This document shows, piece by piece, positions 16,267-25,882 of a stretch of 64,000 bases of DNA (positions are counted from its first letter, which is position 1; each line of letters starts with the position of its first letter). The stretch spans positions 124,001 through 188,000 of the forward strand of contig JBMORE010000022.1 in assembly GCA_049322255.1 (NCBI GenBank). The letters run 5' to 3'. The notes beneath the pieces are model-generated. The model saw nothing but the letters and a program-made list of their open reading frames with translations, had not been told where the DNA came from and ran no database searches. The DNA comes from Myxococcota bacterium (GTDB lineage Bacteria; Myxococcota; Myxococcia; Myxococcales; Myxococcaceae). The translations under genes and the position numbers were made by a program.

Positions 16267-17778
16267 ATGAAGCGATCTTCCCTCGTCTTCCTCGCGGTGC
16301 TCGTCCCCTCCTTGGCATTGGGGCAGGACGTCGCGCTCTACAACCGCGGCCTGACCGCCTTCAATGCCAACGACTTCGACGGGGCCGCCAGCGCCTTCTA
16401 CGAGCTGGCCGAGAGCACCACCGACGCCGAGCTTCGCACCAAGGCGGAGTACTACCTGGCGCAGAGCTTCGCGAAGAAGGGCCTGCCGGTGACCGCGTTC
16501 ATCTATTACGCGGCGATTCTCAAGGCGGGCAGCGCCCACCCCTACTACCTCAAGGCGGTCGAGGGCCTGGTCAACGTGCAGCAGCAGCTCGACGACCAGT
16601 TCCTCATCCCCAACCTGCTCGACAAGAACTACGCCGATCAGTGGGCCACGCTGCCGCTGGAGGTGTTGGCGCGGATCAACTACCTCATCGGCGGCATCAG
16701 CCAGCGCAAGGCCAAGTTCGAAGAGGCGCGCTCTTTCCTCGAAGCGGTGCCCAAGGAGAGCGCCATCTACGCCAAGGCGCAGTACCTACTCGGCATCGTG
16801 CTCATCGACCCGCGCTTCCCGGGGGGGCCGCAGAACCAGCTGGCCATCGCCGCCTTCGACCGGGTGCTCGAGACCAAGGGCCAGAACCAGGTGGAGCTGG
16901 AGAAGACCCAGCACCTGGCGCTCCTCGGCCTGGGCCGCACCTACTACGGGATGGGGCAGTACCAGAAGGCGGTCGACGCCTACGAGAAGGTACCCCGCTT
17001 CTCCACCTACTGGGACCAGGCGCTGTTCGAGAACGGTTTCGCCCGCTTCCAGAACGACGACTTCGGAGGTGGCCTGGGCTCGCTGCAGGCGCTGCACGCT
17101 CCCCAGTTCGCCGGTGCGTTCCAGCCCGAGTCGTGGATTCTCAAGAGCACCGTCTACTACTTCAGCTGCCTCTATGAAGAGGCCAAGAGCGCGCTGGCCG
17201 CCTTCGATGAGCTGTACCTGCCGATGGCGGAGAAGCTGAAAGCCCTCACCGAGGGCGAGGAGAAGGACCTCGACTATTACTTCAACCTGGTGGCCGCGAA
17301 GGAAGGCTCGCAGCTGCCCAAGCCAGTGCTCAACTGGGTGCGCAGCAACGAGCGCATGCTCAGCGTGTTCAAGATTCTCAACCAGATTGACGCCGAGAAG
17401 CAGATCATCACCGGCAACCAGGCCTGGCGCGGCTCGAAGATGGGCCCCGACCTCGTCACCTACCTGGACAGCTACCGCGCGATCTTCGCCCAGACTGCGG
17501 GTGCCTTCGCGAAGAACCGGCTCCTCGAGGCGCACCGGAACATCAAGACGTACTCCGACCAGGCGGAGATCATTCGCTTCGAGACCTCCAAGGCGGAAAA
17601 GGAGCTCGCCGAGGCGGGCGTGGACCAGGGCCGCATGCTGATGGGCAAGGCCATCTACCGCCCCCAGATGCCGGCCGAGGACTGGAACTATTGGAAGTTC
17701 CAAGGCGAGTTTTGGATCGACGAGATCGGCTACTACCAGTACACGCTGAAGAACGGCTGCCAGCAGGCGGCGGAGTGA
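16267..17778 (+). CDS. nfsC: Periplasmic TPR protein, GltC/NfsC family
   Basis: Signal peptide, TPRs, and C-terminal YWKFQGEFWIDEIGYYQYTLKNGC characteristic of GltC-like proteins. Confidence 0.82.
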   Translation: MKRSSLVFLAVLVPSLALGQDVALYNRGLTAFNANDFDGAASAFYELAESTTDAELRTKAEYYLAQSFAKKGLPVTAFIYYAAILKAGSAHPYYLKAVEGLVNVQQQLDDQFLIPNLLDKNYADQWATLPLEVLARINYLIGGISQRKAKFEEARSFLEAVPKESAIYAKAQYLLGIVLIDPRFPGGPQNQLAIAAFDRVLETKGQNQVELEKTQHLALLGLGRTYYGMGQYQKAVDAYEKVPRFSTYWDQALFENGFARFQNDDFGGGLGSLQALHAPQFAGAFQPESWILKSTVYYFSCLYEEAKSALAAFDELYLPMAEKLKALTEGEEKDLDYYFNLVAAKEGSQLPKPVLNWVRSNERMLSVFKILNQIDAEKQIITGNQAWRGSKMGPDLVTYLDSYRAIFAQTAGAFAKNRLLEAHRNIKTYSDQAEIIRFETSKAEKELAEAGVDQGRMLMGKAIYRPQMPAEDWNYWKFQGEFWIDEIGYYQYTLKNGCQQAAE

Positions 17779-17783
17779 GCTCC

Positions 17784-18098
17784 ATGAATGCCGTCGTTCG
17801 CGCTGCGTTGGCCTCATTCATTCTGTCCAGCGCGGCCGCCTGGGCTGAAGAGGAGCCACACCACTTCGCCGATCGGCCCATCGCGACCTTGAGCCTGGTG
17901 CAGACGGTGGTCGACCGCGGGGCGGCGATGGTGGAGGCCAAGGACGGCTCGGCGGTCATCATTCACGAAGGGGAGCTGCTCGGGCGCGAGGCGGTGAAGG
18001 TGCTCGAGGTGGGGCGGGGGTGTCTGTCGCTCCTCGCTCCCGGGACCGAGGCGCCCGCTCTCTTGTGCATCGACGAACGTTCATTCCCCCAGTCCTGA
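17784..18098 (+). CDS. Small secreted protein, PilP/GspC-HR-like beta domain
   Basis: Signal peptide ending AWA; LSLVQTV..RGAAMVEAKDGSAVIIHEGELLGREAVKVLEV pattern; two C-terminal Cys. Confidence 0.6.
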   Translation: MNAVVRAALASFILSSAAAWAEEEPHHFADRPIATLSLVQTVVDRGAAMVEAKDGSAVIIHEGELLGREAVKVLEVGRGCLSLLAPGTEAPALLCIDERSFPQS

Positions 18099-18168
18099 TC
18101 TGGACAGGGCCCCTTTCCATTTGCGGGCGGCGCGTGTAGGTTTCGGGGCCATTTTTTTTGGAGCCCGC

Positions 18169-21100
18169 ATGACGTTCGTTCGCTTCTTCGTGGTGGCGAT
18201 CTCCCTCGTCTTCGCCGCCGTTCCCGCCGCTGCTCAAGGAAAGAAATCGAGCAAGAAGAGCGCTCAGCCCAAGGCCGAAAAGCCCGCGGCGGCGGCCAAG
18301 AAGGCCGACGAGAAAAAGAAGGAGCGCAAAGGGCCGGCGACCTTCAAGGACGCGCCCAAGCTCGACGATCTGGAGAAAGAGGCGATCGCCGACAAGAAGC
18401 GCGACGAGTCGATCGAAAGCGCCAAGAAAATCATCCCCAAGCTGAGCGACGGCACGCCACAGAAGGCCGAAATGCTCTTCCAGCTCTCCGAGCTGTACTG
18501 GGAGAAGTCCAAGTACCTCTACCGCAAGGAGATGCTGAAGTTTCAGCAAGACGAGAAGAAGGTCGACGAGGCGCGCAACCGCGGCGAGAAGGTCGCCGAC
18601 GCCAAAGAGGAGCACCGGGAGAGCGAGCTCTACCGCTCGGAGACGATGCGCCTGTACGAGACCATCTTGCGCGAATACCCCGCCTACGAGCGCAAAGACG
18701 AGGTGCTCTTCTCCTTGGGGTACAACCAGTACGAAGTGGGCAAGCGCGACTCGGCGGTGAAGCGCTACGAAGAGCTGATCAGGAACTACCCCAAGTCCAA
18801 ATTCGTTCCCGACACTTACGTTCAGCTGGGTAACCACTACTTCGACGTGGTGAACGACTTGGGCAAGGCCAGGGTGATGTACGAGAAGGCCTTCGCCAGC
18901 CCGGTGCCGAAGATCAAGAGCTACGCCCTCTACAAGCTCGCCTGGTGCGACTTCAACGCCGGGGAGCACGAGAAGGCGCTCAAGAAGTTGCAAGACGTGG
19001 TGGCCTACGCAGAAGGGCAGAAAGAGAAGAAGCAGTTCACCGACTTGAAGAACGAGGCTCTCAACGACATGGTGACGATGTTCGTCCAACTCGATCGCGC
19101 GGACGACGCCATCGCCTACTTCAAGCAACACTCGGGCAAGAAGCTGCAGACCCGCCTCATCGGCAAGCTCGCCTACAACCTCTCCGAAGCGGGCCACTAC
19201 CAGAATTCGATCAAGACCTTTCGCTACCTCTTGAACACCAACCCGGTGGCGGAGGCGGCTCCCGACTTCCAGCAGGCGATCATCAAGAACTACGAGGGCC
19301 TTCGGCAGCGCGAGCAGGTGAAGGCCGAGGTGAAGGTTCTCGCCACCCGGTACGCGCCGGGCAGCGAGTGGTGGAAGGCCAACGAATCGAAGAAAGAGGT
19401 CCTGCGCAACGGCTTCAACGTCGCCGAGGAGGCGATGCGCACGGTGGTCACCGACTACCACCAGGAGGCGCAGAAGACCAAGCAGGTCGAGACCTACCGG
19501 CTGGCGCGCGACATCTACAAGCAGTACATCGATGCGTTCGCCTCCAGCACCGACCCGGCGTTCGTTTCCGACTTCGCCTTCAATTTGAAGTTCTACTACG
19601 CCGAAATCCTCTGGGCCCTCGAGGAGTGGCAGCCCGCCGCCGCCCAGTACGAAGAGGTGGTGGCCTTCAAGATTCCCGACCGCGACACCGCCAAGGAAGT
19701 CTCCCAGGAAAAGTACCGCCAATCGTCTGCCTACAACACCATTCTCGCCTACGAGAAGCTGGTGAAGATCGAGCGCGGGGTGCTCCAGAAGAGCGAGCTC
19801 AAGGAAGGGCAGAAGGTCGACGAGCAGAAGAAGAAAGGCTCGGTGGAGAAACAGAAGAAGGTCGAGAAGCGCACGGTGAAAGAGCTGCTCGAGCAGCCTC
19901 TCACCGGCTTCGAGACCAAGTTGGTGGCGGCCTGCGACCGCTACAACCAGATGTTTTCCAACAACCAGGACGAGATCGACGTCCGCTACCAGGCGGCGGT
20001 CATCTATTACGACCGCAACCACTTCGTGGAGGCCGCCCAGCGCTTCGGCGAAATCATCTTGAAGTGGCCGGAGGAGAAGCGCTCGCAGGAGGCGGCCGAT
20101 CTCTCCATGTCCGTCCTCGAAGAGAAGGAGGAGTGGCTTGAGCTCAACAAGCTGTCCCGCCAGTTCCTCGCCAACAAGAAGCTCTCCAAGCCCAACACCG
20201 AGTTCACCAAGCGGGCGCAGGGCGTGGTGGAGGGCTCGCAGTACAAGTGGGTGGACGAGGTCGTCTACAAGAAGGAGAAGAACCCGGCCCTGGCCGCGGT
20301 GAAGTTCCTCGAGTTCGTCGCCGAGTTCCCCAAGTCGGACAACGCCGACCGGGCGCTCACCTACGCGATGATCATCTTCCAGGACGCCAACCAGCTCGAC
20401 CGCGGCATCGAGACCGGCGAGCGCGTGCTCAAGGAGTACCCGGGTTCCGCGTTCGAGCTGAAGGTGCGCTACACCCTGGCGAGCTTCTACGAGAAGATCG
20501 CCGACTTCCAAAAGTCAGCCGACATGTACGAGGCCTTCATCGCTGCGTACGACGACGCCGCCGGCGCCAAGGCGGTCGGCTACGAGAACGTCAAAGACGT
20601 GCTCAAGAAGGAGCGCGAGGCACAAGCCAGGGCGCAGAAGGGCAAGAAGCCCGCGGTCAAGAGTGAGCGCAAGGTCGACCCGAAGGAGAAGGACGAGCTG
20701 GTGAAGGAGGCCGGCGCCTGGGTGGCCGACGCGCAGTTCAACGCCGGCCTGTGGTGGGAAGGCTTGGGCAAGTCAGACAAAGCCATCGCCGCCTATCAGC
20801 GCTACATGCTGCGCTTCAAGGAGAAGAAGGACGTCCCCGAGATCGCCTTCAACATCGGCCTCATCCACGAGAAGGACAAGAAGTGGAACGACGCCGCCAG
20901 GTCCTTCGAGTCGTTCGGCACCACCTACGCCAAGGACCAGCGCGTCACCGCCGGCAAGCACTACGAGGCGAAGTACCGCCTCTTCCTCGCACGCCGGCGG
21001 CTGGAGAACGCAGGCGAGGCGGAGAAGCTGCAGAAGGAGCTGATCGCCACCTTCGCCAAGCTGTCGGCCGAGGAGAAGAAGAACCTGCGCGTGCTCGACG

Positions 21101-21675
21101 CCTATGCGCACGCCCGCTTTCTTTCGCTCGAGCCGATGTGGAAGCAGTACAACGACATCAAGTTCCTCAAGGTCGCCACCCTGAAGAATGACCTCGCGGC
21201 GAAGACCAAGAAGATCCAGGAGGTCGAGAAGGCGTACACCGACGTTTTGGCGATCGGCGCGGGAGAGTGGGGCATCGCCGCGCTCACCCGTATCGGGCTT
21301 GCTTACGGGGACTTCGCGCAGAACTTCCTCGACTCTCCCAACCCCAAGGGCCTCGACGAGGAGCAGCTGGAGATGTACCGCTCCGAGCTCGAGAACCGTG
21401 TCTTCCCGCTCGAGGAGAAGGCGATCGAGGCGCTGGAAAAGGCGCTCGCCAAGAGCTACGAGCTCAACGTGTACAACGAGTGGACGATTCTGGCGCAGGA
21501 CAAGGTCAACAAGTACCGCCCCGGGCTGTATGCCAAGGTCCGCCAGGTCCCCTACAGGGGCTCGGAGTTCTTCCTCACCTCCTCCGCTCAGAAAGAGGCG
21601 GCCCCCAAGGCCCCTCCCGCCGATGCGCAGAAGGACGCGCGCTCGTCTGTTTCGGCAGGCGCGGGCAGCCGCTGA
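18169..21675 (+). CDS. nfsD: Large periplasmic TPR protein, GltD(AgmU)/NfsD family
   Basis: Signal peptide, many TPRs, C-terminal WGIAALTRIGLAYGDFA...PLEEKAIEALEKAL.KSYELNVYNEWT. Confidence 0.82.
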   Translation: MTFVRFFVVAISLVFAAVPAAAQGKKSSKKSAQPKAEKPAAAAKKADEKKKERKGPATFKDAPKLDDLEKEAIADKKRDESIESAKKIIPKLSDGTPQKAEMLFQLSELYWEKSKYLYRKEMLKFQQDEKKVDEARNRGEKVADAKEEHRESELYRSETMRLYETILREYPAYERKDEVLFSLGYNQYEVGKRDSAVKRYEELIRNYPKSKFVPDTYVQLGNHYFDVVNDLGKARVMYEKAFASPVPKIKSYALYKLAWCDFNAGEHEKALKKLQDVVAYAEGQKEKKQFTDLKNEALNDMVTMFVQLDRADDAIAYFKQHSGKKLQTRLIGKLAYNLSEAGHYQNSIKTFRYLLNTNPVAEAAPDFQQAIIKNYEGLRQREQVKAEVKVLATRYAPGSEWWKANESKKEVLRNGFNVAEEAMRTVVTDYHQEAQKTKQVETYRLARDIYKQYIDAFASSTDPAFVSDFAFNLKFYYAEILWALEEWQPAAAQYEEVVAFKIPDRDTAKEVSQEKYRQSSAYNTILAYEKLVKIERGVLQKSELKEGQKVDEQKKKGSVEKQKKVEKRTVKELLEQPLTGFETKLVAACDRYNQMFSNNQDEIDVRYQAAVIYYDRNHFVEAAQRFGEIILKWPEEKRSQEAADLSMSVLEEKEEWLELNKLSRQFLANKKLSKPNTEFTKRAQGVVEGSQYKWVDEVVYKKEKNPALAAVKFLEFVAEFPKSDNADRALTYAMIIFQDANQLDRGIETGERVLKEYPGSAFELKVRYTLASFYEKIADFQKSADMYEAFIAAYDDAAGAKAVGYENVKDVLKKEREAQARAQKGKKPAVKSERKVDPKEKDELVKEAGAWVADAQFNAGLWWEGLGKSDKAIAAYQRYMLRFKEKKDVPEIAFNIGLIHEKDKKWNDAARSFESFGTTYAKDQRVTAGKHYEAKYRLFLARRRLENAGEAEKLQKELIATFAKLSAEEKKNLRVLDAYAHARFLSLEPMWKQYNDIKFLKVATLKNDLAAKTKKIQEVEKAYTDVLAIGAGEWGIAALTRIGLAYGDFAQNFLDSPNPKGLDEEQLEMYRSELENRVFPLEEKAIEALEKALAKSYELNVYNEWTILAQDKVNKYRPGLYAKVRQVPYRGSEFFLTSSAQKEAAPKAPPADAQKDARSSVSAGAGSR

Positions 21676-21697
21676 AGGTTTCAAGGAGCTTTTCGTC

Positions 21698-22990
21698 ATG
21701 ACGTCGACCCACCGAAACCTTCTTCTGACGGCGCTGGTCTTCGCCGCCGTCGGTTGTGCCACCGCCCCCGAGGTCAAGCCCGAACCAGCGGTGACCGCTC
21801 CGCCTCCGCCGCTCAAGAGCGCCGACGCGTTCGCCGAAGGGGTGCGCTGCTTCGACGAGGGAAAGCTCGATGATGCCCAGGCGCTCTTTTCCAAGGTCCT
21901 CGCCCAAAACCCTCAGCTGGTGAACGCGCAGTACAACCTGGGTGTGGTGGCCGAGCGGCAAGGCGACTTGGCCATGGCCACCGCTGCCTACGAGGCGGCG
22001 TACAAGCTCGACCCCCACCACACCCCCACGCTGCTCAACCTGGGCAAGGTCTACCGGCTGCAAGATCAGTTCGACAAGGCGATCGCCCTCTACGAGAAGG
22101 CGCTCGCAGTGCCGGGCCGGGAGCACGACGTGGGGTTGCTCAACAACCTCACCGTCTCCTACCGGCTGGCCAAGCAGTTCGACAAGGCGGAGGCGACTGC
22201 GCGCAAGGTCCTCTCGCGCACCAAGGACAACCCCGATGCGTACAAGAACCTGGCGCTCATCTACTACGACCAGGGCAATTACCGGCTCGCCGAGTTCATC
22301 AGCGCCAACGCCAAGAAGCTCGATGACAAGGACCCGGGCGTCTACAACAACTTAGGGATGATCTATTTGAAGATGGACGATCGGAAGCTGGCGCTCGCCC
22401 AGTTCCAGAAAGCGGTCGCCCTCAACGACAAGTTCGCCCCTGGTCACATGAACATCGGCGCGATGGCGCTCTCCTACCGCGACTACGAGACGGCGGAGAA
22501 GGCTTTTGCCAAGGCGGTGATGCTCGACCCCACTTCTTATGAGGGCCACCTCGCCTTCGCCTATGCGCTCGACGGGCAGAAAGGCCGAGACCCCAAGAAG
22601 GGCCTCGCCGCCGCCGCCGAGTTCGAAAAGGTGCTCTCCATCAAGTCCGACCACCCAGAGGCCCTGTGCGGCGCAGGGTGGGCCTATGCCGCCGACAAGT
22701 CGGGCTGGGAGAAGGCCATTTCGTTCCTCCAGAAGTGCAAGGGGCTGTCCTCCACCCCTCAGACCGAGCAGCAGCTCATCGACGCCAAGCTCAAAGGTTT
22801 GCAAGCGATGCTCAAGTCGGGGCAGGCGCAGACGCAGCCCAGCCAGGAGCGGGAAAAGCCCAAGGCCACCACCGGCCCGTCGATGCTCGACAAGGTGTCG
22901 GACGAGGCGGCCAAGGCCGAGGGTGAGTCCGCTCCCGCCGAGGGCCCTCCCGCTCCGGCGCCCACGGACGGAGGCGAGAAAAAGCCGTAG
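21698..22990 (+). CDS. nfsE: TPR lipoprotein, GltE(AglT)/NfsE family
   Basis: AAGGAG RBS, lipobox AVG-C, tandem TPRs; follows the GltD-like gene. Confidence 0.8.
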   Translation: MTSTHRNLLLTALVFAAVGCATAPEVKPEPAVTAPPPPLKSADAFAEGVRCFDEGKLDDAQALFSKVLAQNPQLVNAQYNLGVVAERQGDLAMATAAYEAAYKLDPHHTPTLLNLGKVYRLQDQFDKAIALYEKALAVPGREHDVGLLNNLTVSYRLAKQFDKAEATARKVLSRTKDNPDAYKNLALIYYDQGNYRLAEFISANAKKLDDKDPGVYNNLGMIYLKMDDRKLALAQFQKAVALNDKFAPGHMNIGAMALSYRDYETAEKAFAKAVMLDPTSYEGHLAFAYALDGQKGRDPKKGLAAAAEFEKVLSIKSDHPEALCGAGWAYAADKSGWEKAISFLQKCKGLSSTPQTEQQLIDAKLKGLQAMLKSGQAQTQPSQEREKPKATTGPSMLDKVSDEAAKAEGESAPAEGPPAPAPTDGGEKKP

Positions 22991-23111
22991 GTTGCAAGAG
23001 GGCGGGGTGGGGTGACAATGGCCTGTGAAATCTCTTAGGATGCGCCGCCTTTTCGGCCGGAACTCGTTGGGTTTTCCCGCTGTCTTACCCGCCGCGGGAA
23101 GGAGACATCAG

Positions 23112-23375
23112 ATGAAGCGCACGATGCTCGCATGGGGCCTTTTGATGGTGATGGCCGGTCCGGCTGTCGCCCAGGAGAAAGTCATCCGCGAGGCGGACCG
23201 CACGGTTTTCCGCAAGAAGACGGTCATCGACTTCACCGACGTGGCGGTCGAGGGTGAGCTCACCAAGCCCGAGGGTACCTACGCTCTGTCGAAGAAGAAG
23301 ACCAACTTCAAGAGCCTCATCAAGGTGCGTGACAACTTTAACCCCGAGTTGCAGAAGTCGGTCGACAACCTCTAG
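23112..23375 (+). CDS. nfsF: Small secreted protein, GltF(CglF)/NfsF family
   Basis: RKKTVIDFTDVAVEGELTKPEG...SLIKVRDNFNPELQKSVDNL signature; AAGGAG RBS. Confidence 0.88.
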   Translation: MKRTMLAWGLLMVMAGPAVAQEKVIREADRTVFRKKTVIDFTDVAVEGELTKPEGTYALSKKKTNFKSLIKVRDNFNPELQKSVDNL

Positions 23376-23384
23376 GACTTGAAT

Positions 23385-25241
23385 ATGGCTTCGAAGAAGA
23401 ACGCGCTGACCTTACGCATCACCGGGCCAGATGGTCAGGTGTCCGAGTCGAAAAGCGAGCTCGAGAGCGTCATTTTGGGCTCCGGGGCGGGGGCGGCGAT
23501 CAAGCTCTCCGACCCCAAGGTGTCCAACCTCCACGTGATGCTCAAGGTGGAGAAGAACGGGGTGGTCACCGCCATCGACCTAGGGAGCGAGCACGGCACC
23601 CTCGTCGGCCAGACCCGTATCAAAGACCCCGTCGCGTTGAGCTCGGGGGATGTGATCAAGCTGGGCGCGTCCGAGGTGACCGTGCTCTTCGGCGACGCGG
23701 AGAAGACGGAAACCGCCATGCCCGCCGTCGCGGCCATGCCCACCCAGCCGCCGCCTACGGCCAAGCCTGCCCCGGCCAAGCCCGCGCCCACGGCGCTCGC
23801 CGGCACCGGCAAGAACGCGGCGGTGCTCTTCAACGAGCCGCTGCCCGCGGAGGCCACTCCGAGCGAGGACGGCAAGGTGCTCCAAGTCGCGCTCTTGTGG
23901 GGCGACACGCTCATCAACGTGCAGCACTTCGGCGACGGCGTGCCGGTGTCGATTGGAGAGGGCCGTCACAACCGCTTCCACGTCTATTCCCCCTCGGTGG
24001 GTGACACCTTCACCCTGGCGAGCTCCAAGGGCTCGTCGATGCTGGTGAACATTCCCTCCACCGCAGGGGTGGTGGTCTCCAGCCGGGGCGACACCCACAA
24101 GTCGAAGGAGCAGCTGCGCGCCGAAGGCAAGCTGCGCGCCTCCGATGGGCCGACCCGCGCCGACGCCATCGAGCTGGGCCTGCACGATCGGGTGCAGGTG
24201 TCCTTGGAGAACGTGGCCTTCATCATTCGCTACGTCCGGCCCAGCGCCGCAGTGAATTTTTCGCGCATGGAGGAGGCCGACTTCTCCTTCTTCAAGATCG
24301 CCTCGATCTGCATCATGGCGGCGATCGCCTTGGTGGCGGCGATGCTGCTCACCCCGCAGACGGAGGGCAGCACCTCGGACGACATCTTCCAGAACCCGTC
24401 CAAGTACGTGAAGCTGCTCGTCAAGCCGGAGAAGAAAATCGAGCTCAAGAAGTTTCAGGACCTCTCGGGCCTCGCCGAGGGCGCCAAGGCGAAGGAAAAA
24501 GAGGGCAAGTTCGGCAAGCAGGACGCCAAGAAAGACCAGGCAGACCCTTCGAAGAAGGGCAGCCCAATCGTCGACGCCAACAAGCGCGAGGAGGACCGCA
24601 AGAAGGTGATGGCCGCGGGCCTGCTCGGCGCGCTGGGCGGGGCGGCGGGAGGCGCTTCGAACGTCTTCGGGCCCGGTGGCCTGGGAACGGGCATCAACAA
24701 TGCGTTGGGCGGCCTGCAAGGCGGCGCCGGCCTGGGTGATGCGCACGGCGTCGGCGGGCTGGGCTCGCGCGGCACCGGCCCTGGTGGCGGCGGCACGGGC
24801 TTGGGCCTGGGCGGCTTGGGCACCAAGGGCAGCGGGCGCGGCCGGGGTGGCTACGGCTCGATTGACTTGGGTGGCCGCGGCAAGGACACCACGCGCGTGG
24901 TGCCCGGCAAGACCACGGTCATCGGTGGTCTCTCCAAGGACGTCATCGCCAAAGTCATCAAACGCCACCAGAACGAAATCAAGTTCTGTTACGAGCAGGA
25001 GCTGCAGAAGACCCCCGACCTCTCCGGCAAGGTGGCGGTGATGTTCACCATCGACCCCACTGGCGCGGTGGCCGAAGCGAACGTCTCGGAGTCGTCGCTG
25101 GGCAGCGCCAACACCGAGAGCTGCATGCTCGGGCGTATTCGCCGCTGGAAGTTCCCCGAGCCGCAGGGCGGCGGTGTGGTGACCGTCACCTTCCCGTGGA
25201 TCTTCAAGCCCGCGGGCTCCGACGAAGGGGGCGAGGAGTAG
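23385..25241 (+). CDS. nfsG: FHA-like + TM + Gly-rich linker + TonB-C protein, GltG(PglI)/NfsG family
   Basis: N-terminal FHA-like VSNLH...IDLGSEHGT, one TM helix, Gly-rich region, C-terminal IKFCYEQEL...GKVAVMFTI...WKFPEPQGGGVVTVTFPWIF. Confidence 0.88.
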   Translation: MASKKNALTLRITGPDGQVSESKSELESVILGSGAGAAIKLSDPKVSNLHVMLKVEKNGVVTAIDLGSEHGTLVGQTRIKDPVALSSGDVIKLGASEVTVLFGDAEKTETAMPAVAAMPTQPPPTAKPAPAKPAPTALAGTGKNAAVLFNEPLPAEATPSEDGKVLQVALLWGDTLINVQHFGDGVPVSIGEGRHNRFHVYSPSVGDTFTLASSKGSSMLVNIPSTAGVVVSSRGDTHKSKEQLRAEGKLRASDGPTRADAIELGLHDRVQVSLENVAFIIRYVRPSAAVNFSRMEEADFSFFKIASICIMAAIALVAAMLLTPQTEGSTSDDIFQNPSKYVKLLVKPEKKIELKKFQDLSGLAEGAKAKEKEGKFGKQDAKKDQADPSKKGSPIVDANKREEDRKKVMAAGLLGALGGAAGGASNVFGPGGLGTGINNALGGLQGGAGLGDAHGVGGLGSRGTGPGGGGTGLGLGGLGTKGSGRGRGGYGSIDLGGRGKDTTRVVPGKTTVIGGLSKDVIAKVIKRHQNEIKFCYEQELQKTPDLSGKVAVMFTIDPTGAVAEANVSESSLGSANTESCMLGRIRRWKFPEPQGGGVVTVTFPWIFKPAGSDEGGEE

Positions 25242-25266
25242 CTCTCGAAACCATGGGGAGGTCGTT

Positions 25267-25872
25267 TTGAGGAAGTGTGGATTCGTCACCGCGGCGTTGT
25301 TGTGGTCGGCCGTCGCCGGCGCGGCCACTCCATCGGAGGGAGTCGCCCTTCAAGTTCGCCGCGGGTTTTTCACCGAGACGGACATAGGCGGCTTCATGAC
25401 GCTGGGGGGGAATGACGCCTATTCCAACCTGCAGACGTACCTGCAGCTCGGCGTCGGCTACGACGTGAGCGACACCATCGAGCTGGGGCTGCACGTGGGC
25501 ATTGGCTCGAACGCCGCCAACTGCTTCGCCGGCCGCGACGAGCGCAGCGGCGAGTGCCTGGAGACCGACAACTTCACCGTCACCTTCTTCGACGCGACCG
25601 CGGCCTACCTCATCGCGCTGGGAGAGCGCTTCTACCTCACGCCCAAGCTGGCGGGTGGTTTCACCTTGCTCGACCCCGCGCCGGTGGCGAACGGCTCCGG
25701 CGACGCTCGCCAGGCCATCAACAGCGGGCCCAACGTGGGCGCGGGCCTCGGTCTGGAGTACGCCACTTCGATGGACCATTTCTCCATCGGCATCGACGTA
25801 CTGTCGCGCTACGTGGTAGGGCCGAACATCATCTCGCTGCAGTTCTTCCCGCGGGTGAAGTACACGTTTTAA
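25267..25872 (+). CDS. nfsH: Outer-membrane beta-barrel protein, GltH(CglE)/NfsH family
   Basis: Signal peptide; RRGFFTETDIGGFMTLGG...YSNLQTYLQLGVGYD, GLEYATSMDHFSIG, C-terminal VKYTF. Confidence 0.82.
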   Translation: MRKCGFVTAALLWSAVAGAATPSEGVALQVRRGFFTETDIGGFMTLGGNDAYSNLQTYLQLGVGYDVSDTIELGLHVGIGSNAANCFAGRDERSGECLETDNFTVTFFDATAAYLIALGERFYLTPKLAGGFTLLDPAPVANGSGDARQAINSGPNVGAGLGLEYATSMDHFSIGIDVLSRYVVGPNIISLQFFPRVKYTF

Positions 25873-25882
25873 GCGCGCTGTT

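Noticed and set aside
17959..20511. 850-aa minus-strand ORF
   Set aside because: Antisense shadow of the GltD/NfsD-like gene; the Leu/Val richness mirrors Lys/Glu codons.
23580..25328. 582-aa minus-strand ORF
   Set aside because: Antisense shadow of the GltG/NfsG-like gene.
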